A stretch of 62,000 nt of DNA from Chiloscyllium plagiosum (lineage: Eukaryota), in contig NC_057759.1 in assembly GCF_004010195.1 (NCBI RefSeq), positions 4,990,657 through 5,052,656 of the forward strand, in the 5' to 3' direction. Shown piece after piece: positions 1 through 11,960 of this stretch (the first letter of the stretch is position 1; every line of letters begins with the position of its first letter). The notes beneath the pieces are model-generated. The model was not told the DNA's origin. It saw only the letters and a list, made by a program, of their open reading frames with translations, and made no database searches. The translations under genes were made by a program, and so were the position numbers.

Positions 1-49
1 AAGTCCTCAATTCTGGGACCCACGAAGCAACGGACTGCTGTCTAGTATA

Positions 50-788
50 GAGTCATGCAGCACAGAAACAAACTCTTCTGACCAACCTTTCCATGCTAAC
101 CAAGTTTTCCAATCTGAACTAGACCCACTGCCCTGTGCTTGGCCCAAGTCCATCCAAACATTTCTTATTCATCAACTTATCCAAATATCTTTTAAACATT
201 GTAACTGGACCACATTCAAAACTTCCTCTGGACGTTCATTCCACACAAGAAATGCTTTGTGTAAAGAAAACGTTGCCCTCATTTGTTTATTAGAATCATT
301 TTAGACCCACCTTTAACGTATGCCCCTAGTCTTGAAATCCCCCAGCCTAGGAAAAATCTGCATGCGTTATGATTTTATAAATCTTGATAGGGTCACCTCT
401 CAATCTTTCACAGTCCAATGCAACTCGTCCCAGTCTGTATTTATAACTCGAAACCTCTACTCCCAGTAACACTCCTGGAAATAGTTTTTGCATCTTTTCC
501 AATTTAATGATATCCTTCCTATAACATGGAGACCAGAACTACACATAATAATCCAGAAAGGGATCTCATCTCGTAGTGGAGCCACTATTTAAGAAGAGTA
601 ATAACGAAAAGGCAGAGAAATATAGACTCGTGAGCCTGACATCAGTGGTAGGCAATTTGTTGGAGCGAATCCTAAGAGGTAGGATTTATATATATTTGGT
701 CAGACGAGGACCGATTAGATATAGTCAATATGGCTTTGTGAGTGGGAAATCGTGTCTCACAAACTTAATTGTTTGTTTTGTCACGTGA
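50..788. mobile_element. CR1 LINE fragments: 3' end on minus (50-560), RT fragment on plus (576-788)
   Basis: ORF 576-788 has CR1 RT motifs YRLVSLTSVVG..LERI and GFVSGKSCLTNLI; the minus part resembles other CR1 3' ends in the window. Confidence 0.8.
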
Positions 789-1434
789 TCTGCCCTAGCC
801 TCTGTGCGTCGGGGGGGTTTCAGTATCAGAGAATCTTTTAAGCTACTGTGAGGCCATTGTTGAACATTTTCAAACTGTATTGTTGTCGCTACTCTGTCCT
901 GGTTTGCCCTATTTATACACTCAATACTCAATCGGTGCTGTCATCAGATAACTGCAGTGAACAAACCGAAAATGTCTGAATGGCTCATTTGGTTCTGAGA
1001 GTCTATGAGGATGGGACAGGGCAAATAAAGCAAAAGCTGGTTTCATTCATGTATTGCTGACTTGGAAAAATGCGAATTTTTGTTGCAGAGGTAGGAAATG
1101 GAAGGTGATTAAATGCAAATTCCATAATCTGCCTAAAGAAAATGCCTGAGACTTCGGAAGATTTCAGAATATCTGTTTTCGCTAGGTTTGCCCCAAGATC
1201 AAGTGTTAATGCAATACCAGCCTGACCTGCTGTGATTACAAATTGTGTGTTGACTACAAATAAAAGCAAACATGATCTGGGAGGATTCTTTGGAGCCTTC
1301 ATTGGAGAGGAAGATTCCTGCCAGATGTGTAGTATCCATTAGGGCCTTGGATAGAGCCACGTAAGGGGTCATACCAGTTTTGGAATTGTTTACTGCAAAA
1401 CAAATTTTACCTTGGTCAATTTTAGTTTTCTCAG

Positions 1435-1670
1435 TGCACACTTACATAAATCTGATGTCTTAACCTCACTACACTATGCGTCCATCCCTGGTAAGGTTTG
1501 GAACACATCATATGTCCTTGTAACTGTTTGGCTGAACATGTAGGTTCATCATATGATGTCTCATTAAAATACTTTCTAATCTATCTCTACTGAGCCAATA
1601 TTTAAAACAGAGGTATTGATCTGACGTTATTTGGAAATCCAAATATTCTTCTGTCTCTACAGGTCAATAG
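1435..1670 (+). CDS. Candidate terminal coding exons (1435-1490 and 1663-1670) encoding ...AHLHKSDVLTSLHYASIPGQ*
   Basis: Acceptor tttagttttctcAG (1434), donor GTAAGG (1491), second acceptor ttcttctgtctctacAG (1662); phases are compatible; ITIM-like LHYASI. No upstream exons found. Confidence 0.3.
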
Positions 1671-1671
1671 G

Positions 1672-3425
1672 GTCTGCAGATGCTAGAAGACAGCGTCAAA
1701 AATGTGAAGGTGGAAAAGCACAACAGGTCAGAGAACATCCGAGGAGCAAGAAGGGCAACTTTTTCGACTAAAATACTTTGTCGGGACTGAAAAGAGGGAG
1801 GAAAAACAGAAGTAGATAGATGGAAAGGGGTTGGGGTTGAGGGAAGGGTAGGTGGGATGGTGGTAGGTGGATGCACGTGGGGAGCTATTGTGATTGGTCA
1901 GTAGGAAGATGGACAGGTTAGGACAAGTCAGGGAGGCGTTGGAGGAGTGGCGATAGGGCTACACATGGAATAAAGCTGGAGAGGAGGCATTTTGAAGCTG
2001 GTGAAGTCGATGTTGAGGCCATTGTTTTGTGAGATTCCCAGGTGAAAAGTAAAATGTTGTTCCTCCAGTTTCTGTTGCCTCACTCTGACAGTGGAGGAGG
2101 CCAAGGATGGGCATATCACCGAAAGAGTGAGGGGGGAAATTAAAATGGATGGCAATTGGAAGATATGATTGGTAGAGCGCAGATGCTCCGTGAAAAAATA
2201 CCTGAGTCTGTATTTGGCGTCCTTGATAGAGAGAAGACCATATTGTAATCATGCATATAATAGATGAGATTGGATGACCTGCAGGTGAATCTCTGTCGGA
2301 TCTAGAAGGATTGTTTAGGGCCTTGAACTGAAGTGGGGGGGGGGGGGGGGTGGGTGCACCTCTTGTGGTTGCAGTGAATGGTACCAGGTGTGGTAGAGAT
2401 GTTCATGGGGTGGATAGAGTTGACACGTGATTAATGGAAGGAATGGTCCCTGTGGAATGTGGATAGTAGTGAGGAAGGAAATGTAGTTTTTGGCAGTGGG
2501 GTCTGATTGTAGGTGGTGGAATTGTCGCAGGACAATACATTAGATTCAAGGGTCGTTGGGGTGGCATGTGAGGTCTGATGGGACTCTATTGTTATTGTTG
2601 GGGGGTTGAAGGCAGAAATGTGGGGAATGGAGCAGATACAGTTGAGGGCATACTTAATTAAGGGAAACTACGGTGCTTAAAATAGAGGGATAACTGGAAT
2701 GTCCTGGAGTGGAAAGCCATATACTGGGAGGAGATGCAACAGACTTTAGGTGGAGAAAATGGAAGTATAGGATAACATTTTTGCAGCATGTGTAAGAAGA
2801 GATAAAGTCAGAATTAGTTGTAGAAATCAGTTGGCTTGGAATGGGTATTAGTGGTGAGTCAGTTTCCGGATATGAGGATGGAGAGGTCCTGGCAGATGAG
2901 GAAAGTGTGAGAAACCATCCAGATGAATTTGAGGGCAGAGTGGAAGTTATTGGCGAATTTGACGAACAGCTCGAGCTCCTCGCAGGTGCACGAGGCCGCA
3001 CCGATGCAGTCATAAATATGGGAGAGGAGAGATGAGGGATGGTGCCAGTGTAGTTATATAAGAGGGACTGTAAGTAGGTAGGCATAGTTGGACCTGTGTG
3101 GGAGCCAATGACCACCTCTTTGGTTTGCAGGAAGTGGGAGAAGTCAAAGGAAAATTGTTGATGGTGTGGACCAGTTCTGCAAGGTGAATGCAAATGTCAA
3201 TGAAAGGGGAATAGTTGGGCCTACAGAGAGGAAGAAGCGGAGGACTTTCAGGCCCTCTGTGTGGGCAATACAGGATAAAAGGCCTGTATGTTCATGGTGA
3301 AAATGAGGTGTTTGTTGCTATGGAATTAAAAGTTTAGCAAGAGGTGGAGGATATTGTTCATGTCTCGAATGTTGGTAGGTAGTTCCTGGACCAAAGCAGA
3401 AAGAATGGAGTCAAGGTATGACGTG
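1672..3425 (-). mobile_element. Penelope-like retroelement (Neptune-type), degenerate RT and GIY-YIG C-terminus plus pseudo-LTR
   Basis: FSFDFSHFLQTKEVVIGSHTGP (RT), HFNFPPHSFGDMPILGL and KLEEQHFTFHLG..NGLNIDF (GIY-YIG end) in broken frames. Confidence 0.85.
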
Positions 3426-3889
3426 ATGGGTTTATGTCCCCGCAGACTAACTTACTGAAATTAATATCTCAAGACATCCAGATCCCTCTATTTCACAGAG
3501 TCATCCAACATCTCTCCAGTTAAATTAAAGTCTCTTTATTGATTCTTCCTGATGACCATGACACTCCCGACTTTACAATGACTCAGAAAATGTTTTACCA
3601 TCTGCACATTGCCCAATCTGAAAACTGTTTACATCCTCTTCATAATTCACCTTCAAAACTATTTTCATACTTTAAACCAAAGACTGATCTATTTCAAAGA
3701 ATTTTGGAAATCTAAATATCCTTCTGCAGTTCTCTGCCCTTGGTCAGTGTGTCTATCTGCTTCTCTGTTCATTTCCAAAATAACTCAAATTACCACATTC
3801 ATCCATTAGCCTTTCTCAGTTGGTTTGTGGTGCCCATGTCTCCACACAATCACAGTAAGAAGGGTAACAGGGATAATCCAGGTAAATAT

Positions 3890-5480
3890 TATTATGACAA
3901 GCGGTAAACGCCTCTGCTAATTTAAACCTGACACACAGAGTAGCTCACCTCATGCCGTACTCTGTTAAATTTCAAGAGGCAAAGAACCATCCCAGATTTC
4001 ACAATTTAATGTAAAAATTAACAATTTTATTCTTTAAGCCAACGGCAAACATTAAGACATCAGCTATTTACAAATCCTTTCAACTCCCACTCTAGAATGG
4101 TGGGCAGAAAAATTACCTCTTCATTTTAAGGCAAAATCAATTTCAAACCCAGGTATAGTTTCAGATGCCTAACTTTCTCTGTAGATTCCTTTAGGTCGAC
4201 TTTGGTGTTCTGTCGCACAAAGTGCTTTTAGGCAGGTCCGTTTCAGAGAGATATCCAACTGGCCTTAAGTTGGTGCTTGCTTGGTTGCTCTTTGCTGTTC
4301 TGCTGCCAACTTTTCTAAATGTCCGGTTTTATACCCCAAAACGTCAGATCATTTCATTGGTTTAATTTTTACCCAAATAGCAAAATTCAAATTCGATTGG
4401 ATGTTGGTATCTGGAGCATAGTTTAAACTGATTGGTCGACTTTGAATTTGTTTTTGTTCCATGGCAACACAATTCCAGCTATTTAAAATATAACCCAATG
4501 TTATATTTTAAAATGGTCCAGCATACGCTGTTTTTTCAGTTAGTCCTTGCTAACTTTCTCTCTATCTTAGTTACAGTACACACCTGCACCTTCATAACAC
4601 CTCCTCCCTTAAGGAAAAATGAACCAACATAACGAAGAGATGGCTTCATTTTTTGAGTATTCCTTAAACACATTATCATGACATACATATGACTTTAAGC
4701 TAAATTCATGTTAACTTCTTCTGACATGTATATGACATTAAATAGATACCAATCTCATCTATACTTTATCAGTTAAATCTCCTATAAGGCATCTGCAATT
4801 ATATTCTTATGATGCACAACATGTACACTTTTTAAATTATCAGTCTGTAACATAAGACTCCAACGAAATAATCTCATATTCATGTCTTTAAAGCATTCTA
4901 AGAATGTAAGAGGATTGTGATCTGTGTACACAACCGTCTCTGACGCGTTGTTCGTGACGTACACATTAAAGTGTTGTAACACATGTACCAAACTCAACAG
5001 TTATTTTTTGATCATGGAGTGTTTCCTCTGGTGGATGTTGACTTTATTTGAAAAGTAACCAAATGACAGTTCAATCCCAACATTATCTTCCTGGTCCAAT
5101 TTCGACGGCAATAGCACTGATGGCAACTTTGAAGGGTTTCGAAAAGTTTGGTAAAACTCAAAATGGTGCAGACCTTTTAAATGATCGTTTGCCTCCTGGC
5201 ATTGTTCTGTCCACCGAAACATCGTGTTCTTCTTCAGTAAATTGGTTAACGATGCCAATACACTGCTGAAAGTCTGAAAATTCCAATAGAATTCCACCTC
5301 ATTCTTCAAGGTTGATAGTGGAAATTCCCCGATGGCCTTCAGCTTTGCATTCTGTGGGGTCAATGTTCCATGACCGATGTTATGGCCCATGAATGTTGTC
5401 TCTGTTTTTGCAAATGCAGTTTAATTAAAGTTTCTTACCAGTTTTGTTCTCATAGTTTTTCAAAGAGCTCTGCTGACTGA
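3890..5480 (-). mobile_element. Gypsy LTR retrotransposon remnant: RT/RNase H fragments, PPT and 3' LTR (3890-4599)
   Basis: VVYTDHNPLTFL, RLFRWSLMLQ, KNIIADAL; minus-strand PPT AAGGGAGGAGG at 4600-4610 abuts LTR start TGTTATGA; LTR ends TCATAATA. Confidence 0.85.
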
Positions 5481-5754
5481 ATCATGTGACCTTTCTAGGA
5501 CTTACTAAAGATCGTCCAAATAGACTGCACAGTTTGGTCCCCAGCGATAACTCTGTTCATGGGTCTTTGGAATGGGGCGGGTGCATTCTTCATTCCAAAA
5601 ATCATCATTTGTTAACCTTGTTACAGGAGCAGCATCAACACAGCAGACTTGTCGAAAAAGTAAAAGCTGATGGGATACAGGGTAATGTGTTTATTTGTAT
5701 CCGAAGTTAGCTGAGTAACAGGATACAAATGTTAATGGCAACGTAAACTATATA

Positions 5755-6350
5755 GTGGCTCGGTGGTTAAAAACTGCTGAATCATTGCGCCAGTGAACTG
5801 GGTTCGATTCTACTCTTGGGCGACTGTCTGTATGGAGTTTGCACGCCTGTGTCTGCGTGGTTTCTCTCCAGGTGTTGGGATTTCCTCCCACAATTAAACA
5901 TGTGCAAGTTAAGGCGATTTGGCCATGCTAAAATGCGCATAGGTGTCCGTGAAGTGTAGGTTAGATGCATAAGTTAGGAGTAAATGTCAAGTAATTGGGT
6001 AGGGGAATAGACTTTTTTGGGTTACTCTTTGGGAAAGCACGGTAGCTCAGTGGTTTACACAGCTGCCTCACAACGCCAGGGACTCAGGTTTGATTCCAAC
6101 ATCAGTTGAATGTCTATGTGGAGTTCAAATATTCTCCCAGTGTCTGCATGGGTTTCCTTTGAGTGCTCAGGTTTCCTCCCATAATCCTAGGATGTGCAGG
6201 TTACGTGAATTGGCCATGCTAAATTGCCAATAGAGTTCAGGGATGTATAAATAAAAGGTAGGGGGAATGGGTTTTGGTGTGTTTCTCTTCTGAGGGTCGA
6301 TGTGGACTTGTTGGGCCAAAGGGCCTGTTTTCACTCTGAAGGGATTCTAT
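5755..6350 (+). mobile_element. Two adjacent degenerate HE1-type (V-SINE) tRNA-derived SINEs
   Basis: A/B-box-like heads, the core tggagtttgcac..gtgtctgcgtgggtttcc, and a CR1-like 3' tail. Confidence 0.8.
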
Positions 6351-6649
6351 TCAATGTTTCTGATTTTTCATAATTGTCTAGGGCGCAGTATAGTAGCAAC
6401 CACATTGCTGTGGTTATGGAATCACCAGAAGGCCAGACCAAGTAAGGATGTCAGATTTTATTCCCTCAAGGATGAGGATGGAATTTTTTTTTCTCTTGTC
6501 AAGTATTATATTAGCTCTTATTTTCAAATTATTATTGAATTAAAATTGCACCCTCTGCCTTAATGCGATTAAATCCTGGGTCCACATAACATTACGTGAC
6601 TTTCTTGATTAGTAGTCCAGTGACAATAGCACCAGGCCTACTGCCTTCC

Positions 6650-8910
6650 CTATTCACATTCACGGAGCTGAACCTGACAGGTTCCGACTTGTAAGTACAC
6701 TATCAAAATCGGAGAGCAGAAACTGATAGGAACAGATCACTAACTGTTCTGGTCTGCTAATATGCAAAGGCACTTATCAATCTGCACCTGCCAGTTTTTG
6801 CAATTTGTAAAGTGCCTTTGCATATTAGCAGACCAGATACTGACAGGAAGGGATTAGTAATGAATTAACAATTTACTGCCGAAGCTTTGAGGCGTACACT
6901 GATAATCACACAAATATCTTCACTAAGCAGAAACTAGGGGGTACAGCTTGATAACCACACATTCATATTCTATTAACAGAAACTGACAGTAACAGAATGA
7001 TAACTACACTCACACAGTAACGCAACAGAAACTAGCCGGTTCAGATTGATAACAACTTTTTTATATTCATATTGCAGAAAATAACAGGCATGATGTAATG
7101 AATGTATTTGCATTTTTACCAGGAGAAACGTTCAAGGTTATATTAGTAACTACACTCACACATTCATTTAGCAGAAACTGACAGGTATAAATCAATAACT
7201 AAACTCATATATTGACGTAGCAGAAATTGAGAGGCATGGACTGACACCAGCATTCACATATACCGATAGCATAAACCGACAGGCTCAGATGGATAACTAT
7301 ATGCACATAGAAGAAACTGAAAAGAATGCTCCCACAGCATAAGCTAAGACGTAAAGATTTATAACTACGCTCTCCTAGTCACAGAAAAAAAATTGTCAAG
7401 CACAGTTTGATAACTATACTGAAACCATCACAGAGCAGATCTCACAGGTATATAATGGCAACTACGCGTTCACATTCACCTAGCAAAAATTGACAGACGC
7501 AGACTGTTAACTACACTGATACATTCACAGCACAAACTGACAGGAAGAGGTTGACAACTATCCTCATTCTTTCACGTAACAGAAACTGACAGGTACAGAT
7601 TGCAACTAGTCACATATTCAGAGCAGAAACTGACATTCATACACAGATAACTGTATCTACACATTCACATTACAGAATCTGATAAAATACTTGCATTCTC
7701 ATAGCTGAAACTACCAGGGACAGGTTTCATATCTAAACTTAAACACTCACATCTCAAAATCTGACAGGTACAAAATAGTAGTTGCATTCACACATTTACA
7801 AACCAGAAACTGATCTGGACAGATTAGTAAATACATTCACATGTGCACATCTCAGTAACTCTCAGAGAAAGGTTGATAACTACACTGTCATATCCACAAT
7901 GCAGAAGCTGAAGGCACTGATTGATAGTAACACTCCCAGTTGCACGTAGCATACATTGACAGGGATAGAAGGATAATTACACGTAAATTAACATTTATAT
8001 TTTGTAAAAGTAATCAAACATTCAAAAATAGGTTAATAATTGGTCTCTCAGATTCTAGAGCAGAAATTGACAGGATAACTGCATTCATACATTCACATTG
8101 CTGAATCTGACAGGTACAGGTTGATAACTAAGCTCACTTGTAGAGGTAGCAGAATCTGGTAGATATAGAATAATACCTGCATTCACAGAGTCACACAGCA
8201 GAAACTGAGAAGTACAGGTTGATCAAAAATACAGTCGATACATTCGCAGAGGAGAAAGTAACAGATACATTTTGATAACTATACTCTCATACTCGCAGGG
8301 ACAGATTGCTAATTGCATTCAAATAATCACAGAGCAGAAACTAACATAACAAAACTCACATATACACAGACCAGAATCTGACAATATCATATTGATAACT
8401 ACACTACACATTCACCAAGCAGGAACTCATTGTTGTAGTTCGATAACTAAATTGACATAGCAGATACTGAAGGCGAAGATTGAACTGTGCACTCATACTT
8501 TCTCAGCAAAAAATGTCAGACAAAGCTGGATAACTATTCACTCATTTTCACATAGCAGAAACTGAGAAGTGCATCTTGATAACACAGACGCACATTCTCA
8601 ATGAAGTAACTGAAATGGTCATATTGAGGACACACACTTGTTCACATAACATGTATTGACAGGAAGAGACTGATAACAACATTCTCTTAAGAAATTGTAC
8701 AGGTACAGATTGATAAACACATATTCAAAGTAGAGAATCTGACAAGAAAAGAATTGATAATTACACTCAAGTGTTGACAGCACAGAAACTGACAGTGAGA
8801 AACTGAATACAGCACTCACATTCTCAGAACTGAAACTGAGAGGTATAAGTTGATAACAGCATTCTCATATTCACAAAACAGAAAGTGAACAGAACAGATT
8901 ATTAATAACA
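6650..8910 (+). repeat. Degenerate ~49-bp minisatellite array, consensus approx. cacatagcagaaactgacaggtacagattgataactacactcacatatt
   Basis: The motifs gcagaaactgacagg and ttgataactacac recur about every 45-50 bp over ~2.2 kb. Confidence 0.85.
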
Positions 8911-8929
8911 TTCCTGGTTTCAGGGATCG

Positions 8930-10285
8930 TAAGGCTGGAAACCAGAGTCGAGATTAGAATGGTGCTGGAAAAGCACAGCAGGTCAGGCAGCATCTGAGGA
9001 ACAGGAAAATCGACATTTAGGGCAAAAGCCTTTCATCAGGAATGGAGGCAGGGAGCCTCCTGGGTGGAGCGATAAATGGGAGAGGGGTGGGGCTGGGGAG
9101 AAGGTGGCAAAGGGTAAAAGAGGTGGATGGGGTGGGGATGAAGGTGATAGGTCAGAGAGGAGGGTGGGGGAAGGTAGTAAAGAGTACAATGGATGGATGG
9201 NNNNNNNNNNNNNNNNNNNNNNNNNNNNNNNNNNNNNNNNNNNNNNNNNNNNNNNNNNNNNNNNNNNNNNNNNNNNNNNNNNNNNNNNNNNNNNNNNNNN
9301 NNNNNNNNNNNNNNNNNNNNNNNNNNNNNNNNNNNNNNNNNNNNNNNNNNNNNNNNNNNNNNNNNNNNNNNNNNNNNNNNNNNNNNNNNNNNNNNNNNNN
9401 NNNNNNNNNNNNNNNNNNNNNNNNNNNNNNNNNNNNNNNNNNNNNNNNNNNNNNNNNNNNNNNNNNNNNNNNNNNNNNNNNNNNNNNNNNNNNNNNNNNN
9501 NNNNNNNNNNNNNNNNNNNNNNNNNNNNNNNNNNNNNNNNNNNNNNNNNNNNNNNNNNNNNNNNNNNNNNNNNNNNNNNNNNNNNNNNNNNNNNNNNNNN
9601 NNNNNNNNNNNNNNNNNNNNNNNNNNNNNNNNNNNNNNNNNNNNNNNNNNNNNNNNNNNNNNNNNNNNNNNNNNNNNNNNNNNNNNNNNNNNNNNNNNNN
9701 NNNNNNNNNNNNNNNNNNNNNNNNNNNNNNNNNNNNNNNNNNNNNNNNNNNNNNNNNNNNNNNNNNNNNNNNNNNNNNNNNNNNNNNNNNNNNNNNNNNN
9801 NNNNNNNNNNNNNNNNNNNNNNNNNNNNNNNNNNNNNNNNNNNNNNNNNNNNNNNNNNNNNNNNNNNNNNNNNNNNNNNNNNNNNNNNNNNNNNNNNNNN
9901 NNNNNNNNNNNNNNNNNNNNNNNNNNNNNNNNNNNNNNNNNNNNNNNNNNNNNNNNNNNNNNNNNNNNNNNNNNNNNNNNNNNNNNNNNNNNNNNNNNNN
10001 NNNNNNNNNNNNNNNNNNNNNNNNNNGGGGATGGAGGTAATAGATCAGAGAGGACGGTGGGGAAGGTAGCAAATGTGTGATGGGGGTGGGATAAAGGTGA
10101 TAGGTCAGAGAGGAGGGTGGAGCAGATTGGTGTGAAGGAATATTTGCAGGTAGGACAGGTCATGAGAATGGTGCTGAGCTGCAAGTGTGGAACTTTGGTA
10201 AGCTGTGGGGCGGGGAAATGAGGAAACTGATGAAGTCCACATTGAGGGCCTGGGGTTGGGGTGTTCTGAGGCAGAAGATGAGGCA
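8930..10285 (-). mobile_element. Penelope-like element 3' end/pseudo-LTR spanning an assembly gap
   Basis: Same terminal sequence as 1672-2050 (gctggaaaagcacagcaggtcaggcagcatc...), continuing after the gap into GIY-YIG C-terminal sequence. Confidence 0.7.
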
Positions 10286-10301
10286 TATAGTACAGGAGGG
10301 G

Positions 10302-10435
10302 TCCTTTGCAGTGCTGAGAGAATGTGGCCCTCAGTTGAGGCATGGCTGACTGTAACAGCAATGTGCCGGTACCTAACCTCTCTACAGTCAGCCCTGCCTC
10401 AACTGAGGGCCACACTCTCTCAGAACTGCAAAGGA
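10302..10435. repeat. Inverted repeat with 53-bp arms and 28-nt loop
   Basis: 10302-10354 is the near-perfect reverse complement of 10383-10435. Confidence 0.85.
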
Positions 10436-10859
10436 ACATCTCCATGAGAAGGTGGTTTAAAAGAAGTTCTGGAATTTGCATATTAATGAACTGAAATTTG
10501 CAACCTATGCTAAAAGATGAAAGACTTCATCCAGATTTATTCACTGTCACCTTTTGCTATATATCCTATGTCTAATGATTCTGTCTCACCACTACCTGTG
10601 TTGGACCATAACCTGATGTTGCGTGATTTTTAACTTTGTGCACCTAACGTACACATCGCTGAACACAATTGTCAATTGAGCATGGAAAACGCTCCAAACC
10701 TGCACATCTTTGGATTGTGGGAGGAAACCCATGCAGACACGGGAAAATACGCAAACTCCAGACAGATGTTGCCCAAGGCTTGTATCGAAACCAGATCACT
10801 GGCACTGTGAGGCTGCAGGGCTATACACTGTGCTGCAATTTCTCATTCATCTAAACTCT

Positions 10860-11960
10860 AGCAAATATAATCTGAACTGACTCGATCTCCTTCATATGTC
10901 AGTCCTGCCATTCCAGGAATCAATCTGATGCACCTTTGCTGCACGTCCACTAGAGCAAGAACATCCTTCTTCAGATCAGGAGACCAAGACCTCAATCTTC
11001 CAACTGTGGCCTCAGCAATGCACTGTACAACTGCAGCAAGATATCCCTGCTCCTGTACTCTAATCCTCTCACTATGAAGGTCAATACCCAGTTTCTTTAC
11101 TGTCCTCTGCATCTGGACCTGGGCAGAATTTATCCAGTTAATGGTAGGATTCTGGGGAGTATTCCTGAACAAAGAGACCTAGAGGTATTGATGCATAGTT
11201 CCATGAAAGTCGAGTTGTACGTTGACAGGGTGGTAAAGAAGGTGTTTGGCAGACTTGCTTTCATTGGTCAGAATACTGAGTCAGTAAAGTAATTGGTGAC
11301 GCCACGTTTAGAATACTGCTTTCAATTCTGGTCTCCCTGCTAAAGATGTTGTTAAAATTGAAAGGGTTCAGGAAAGGCTGGCAGTGTTAAAGGAGCTATA
11401 GGTAGGATCTGAATGGACTGGAGCTTTATTGCCTGGAGTGTCAGAAGCTGAGGGGGATCAAAGAGCAGGAACAGGTCCTACGGCCCTCCACGCCCGTGCC
11501 AACACATTTTGCCATTCCGTACTAAAACTGTCTTCACTTACAAGAAACATATCCCTCTCTTTCCTCCAATTTCATGCATTTCTTATCACCAGGGTGACCT
11601 TCGTAGAGGTTTGTAAAATCATGAGGGCCATGGATAGGGTTAACAGCCAAAGTCTTTTTCCCAAGGTCGGGGAGATCGAACCCAGAGGGCAAGAGTTCAA
11701 TGTGAGGGGGGTAAAATTTAAAAGCGTGCTAAGGGGCAACGTTTTCATGCAGAGCGTGGTGACTGCAATGAATGAGCTGCCAGAGGAAATGGTGGACATG
11801 GTTATAATTACGACATTTAAAGGCTTCTAGATGGGTACATGATTAAAAAGGATTTCGAGGGAAATGGGCCAAATGCTAGTAAATGGGACGAGATCAGTTT
11901 AGGATGTTTGGTCAGCATGGATGAGTTGGATCAAAGGGTCTGTTTCTGTGCTGTATAACT
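10860..11960. mobile_element. CR1 3' fragments, minus (10860-11090) then plus (11100-11960)
   Basis: DVLALVDVQQRCIRLIPGM (minus); NGRILGSIPEQRDL and EVCKIMRAMDRVNSQSLFP (plus). Confidence 0.8.

Noticed and set aside
1199..1441. Minus ORF containing PYVALSKA, resembling Pif1/herpesvirus helicase motif VI
   Set aside because: No other helicase motifs nearby; short match, probably chance.
6650..8910. CRISPR-like appearance of the repeat array
   Set aside because: Eukaryotic context, degenerate units, no unique spacers and no cas genes.
9036..10481. Long ORFs spanning N-gaps (also 19157-20463 and 45177-45944)
   Set aside because: Artefacts of N runs and microsatellites.
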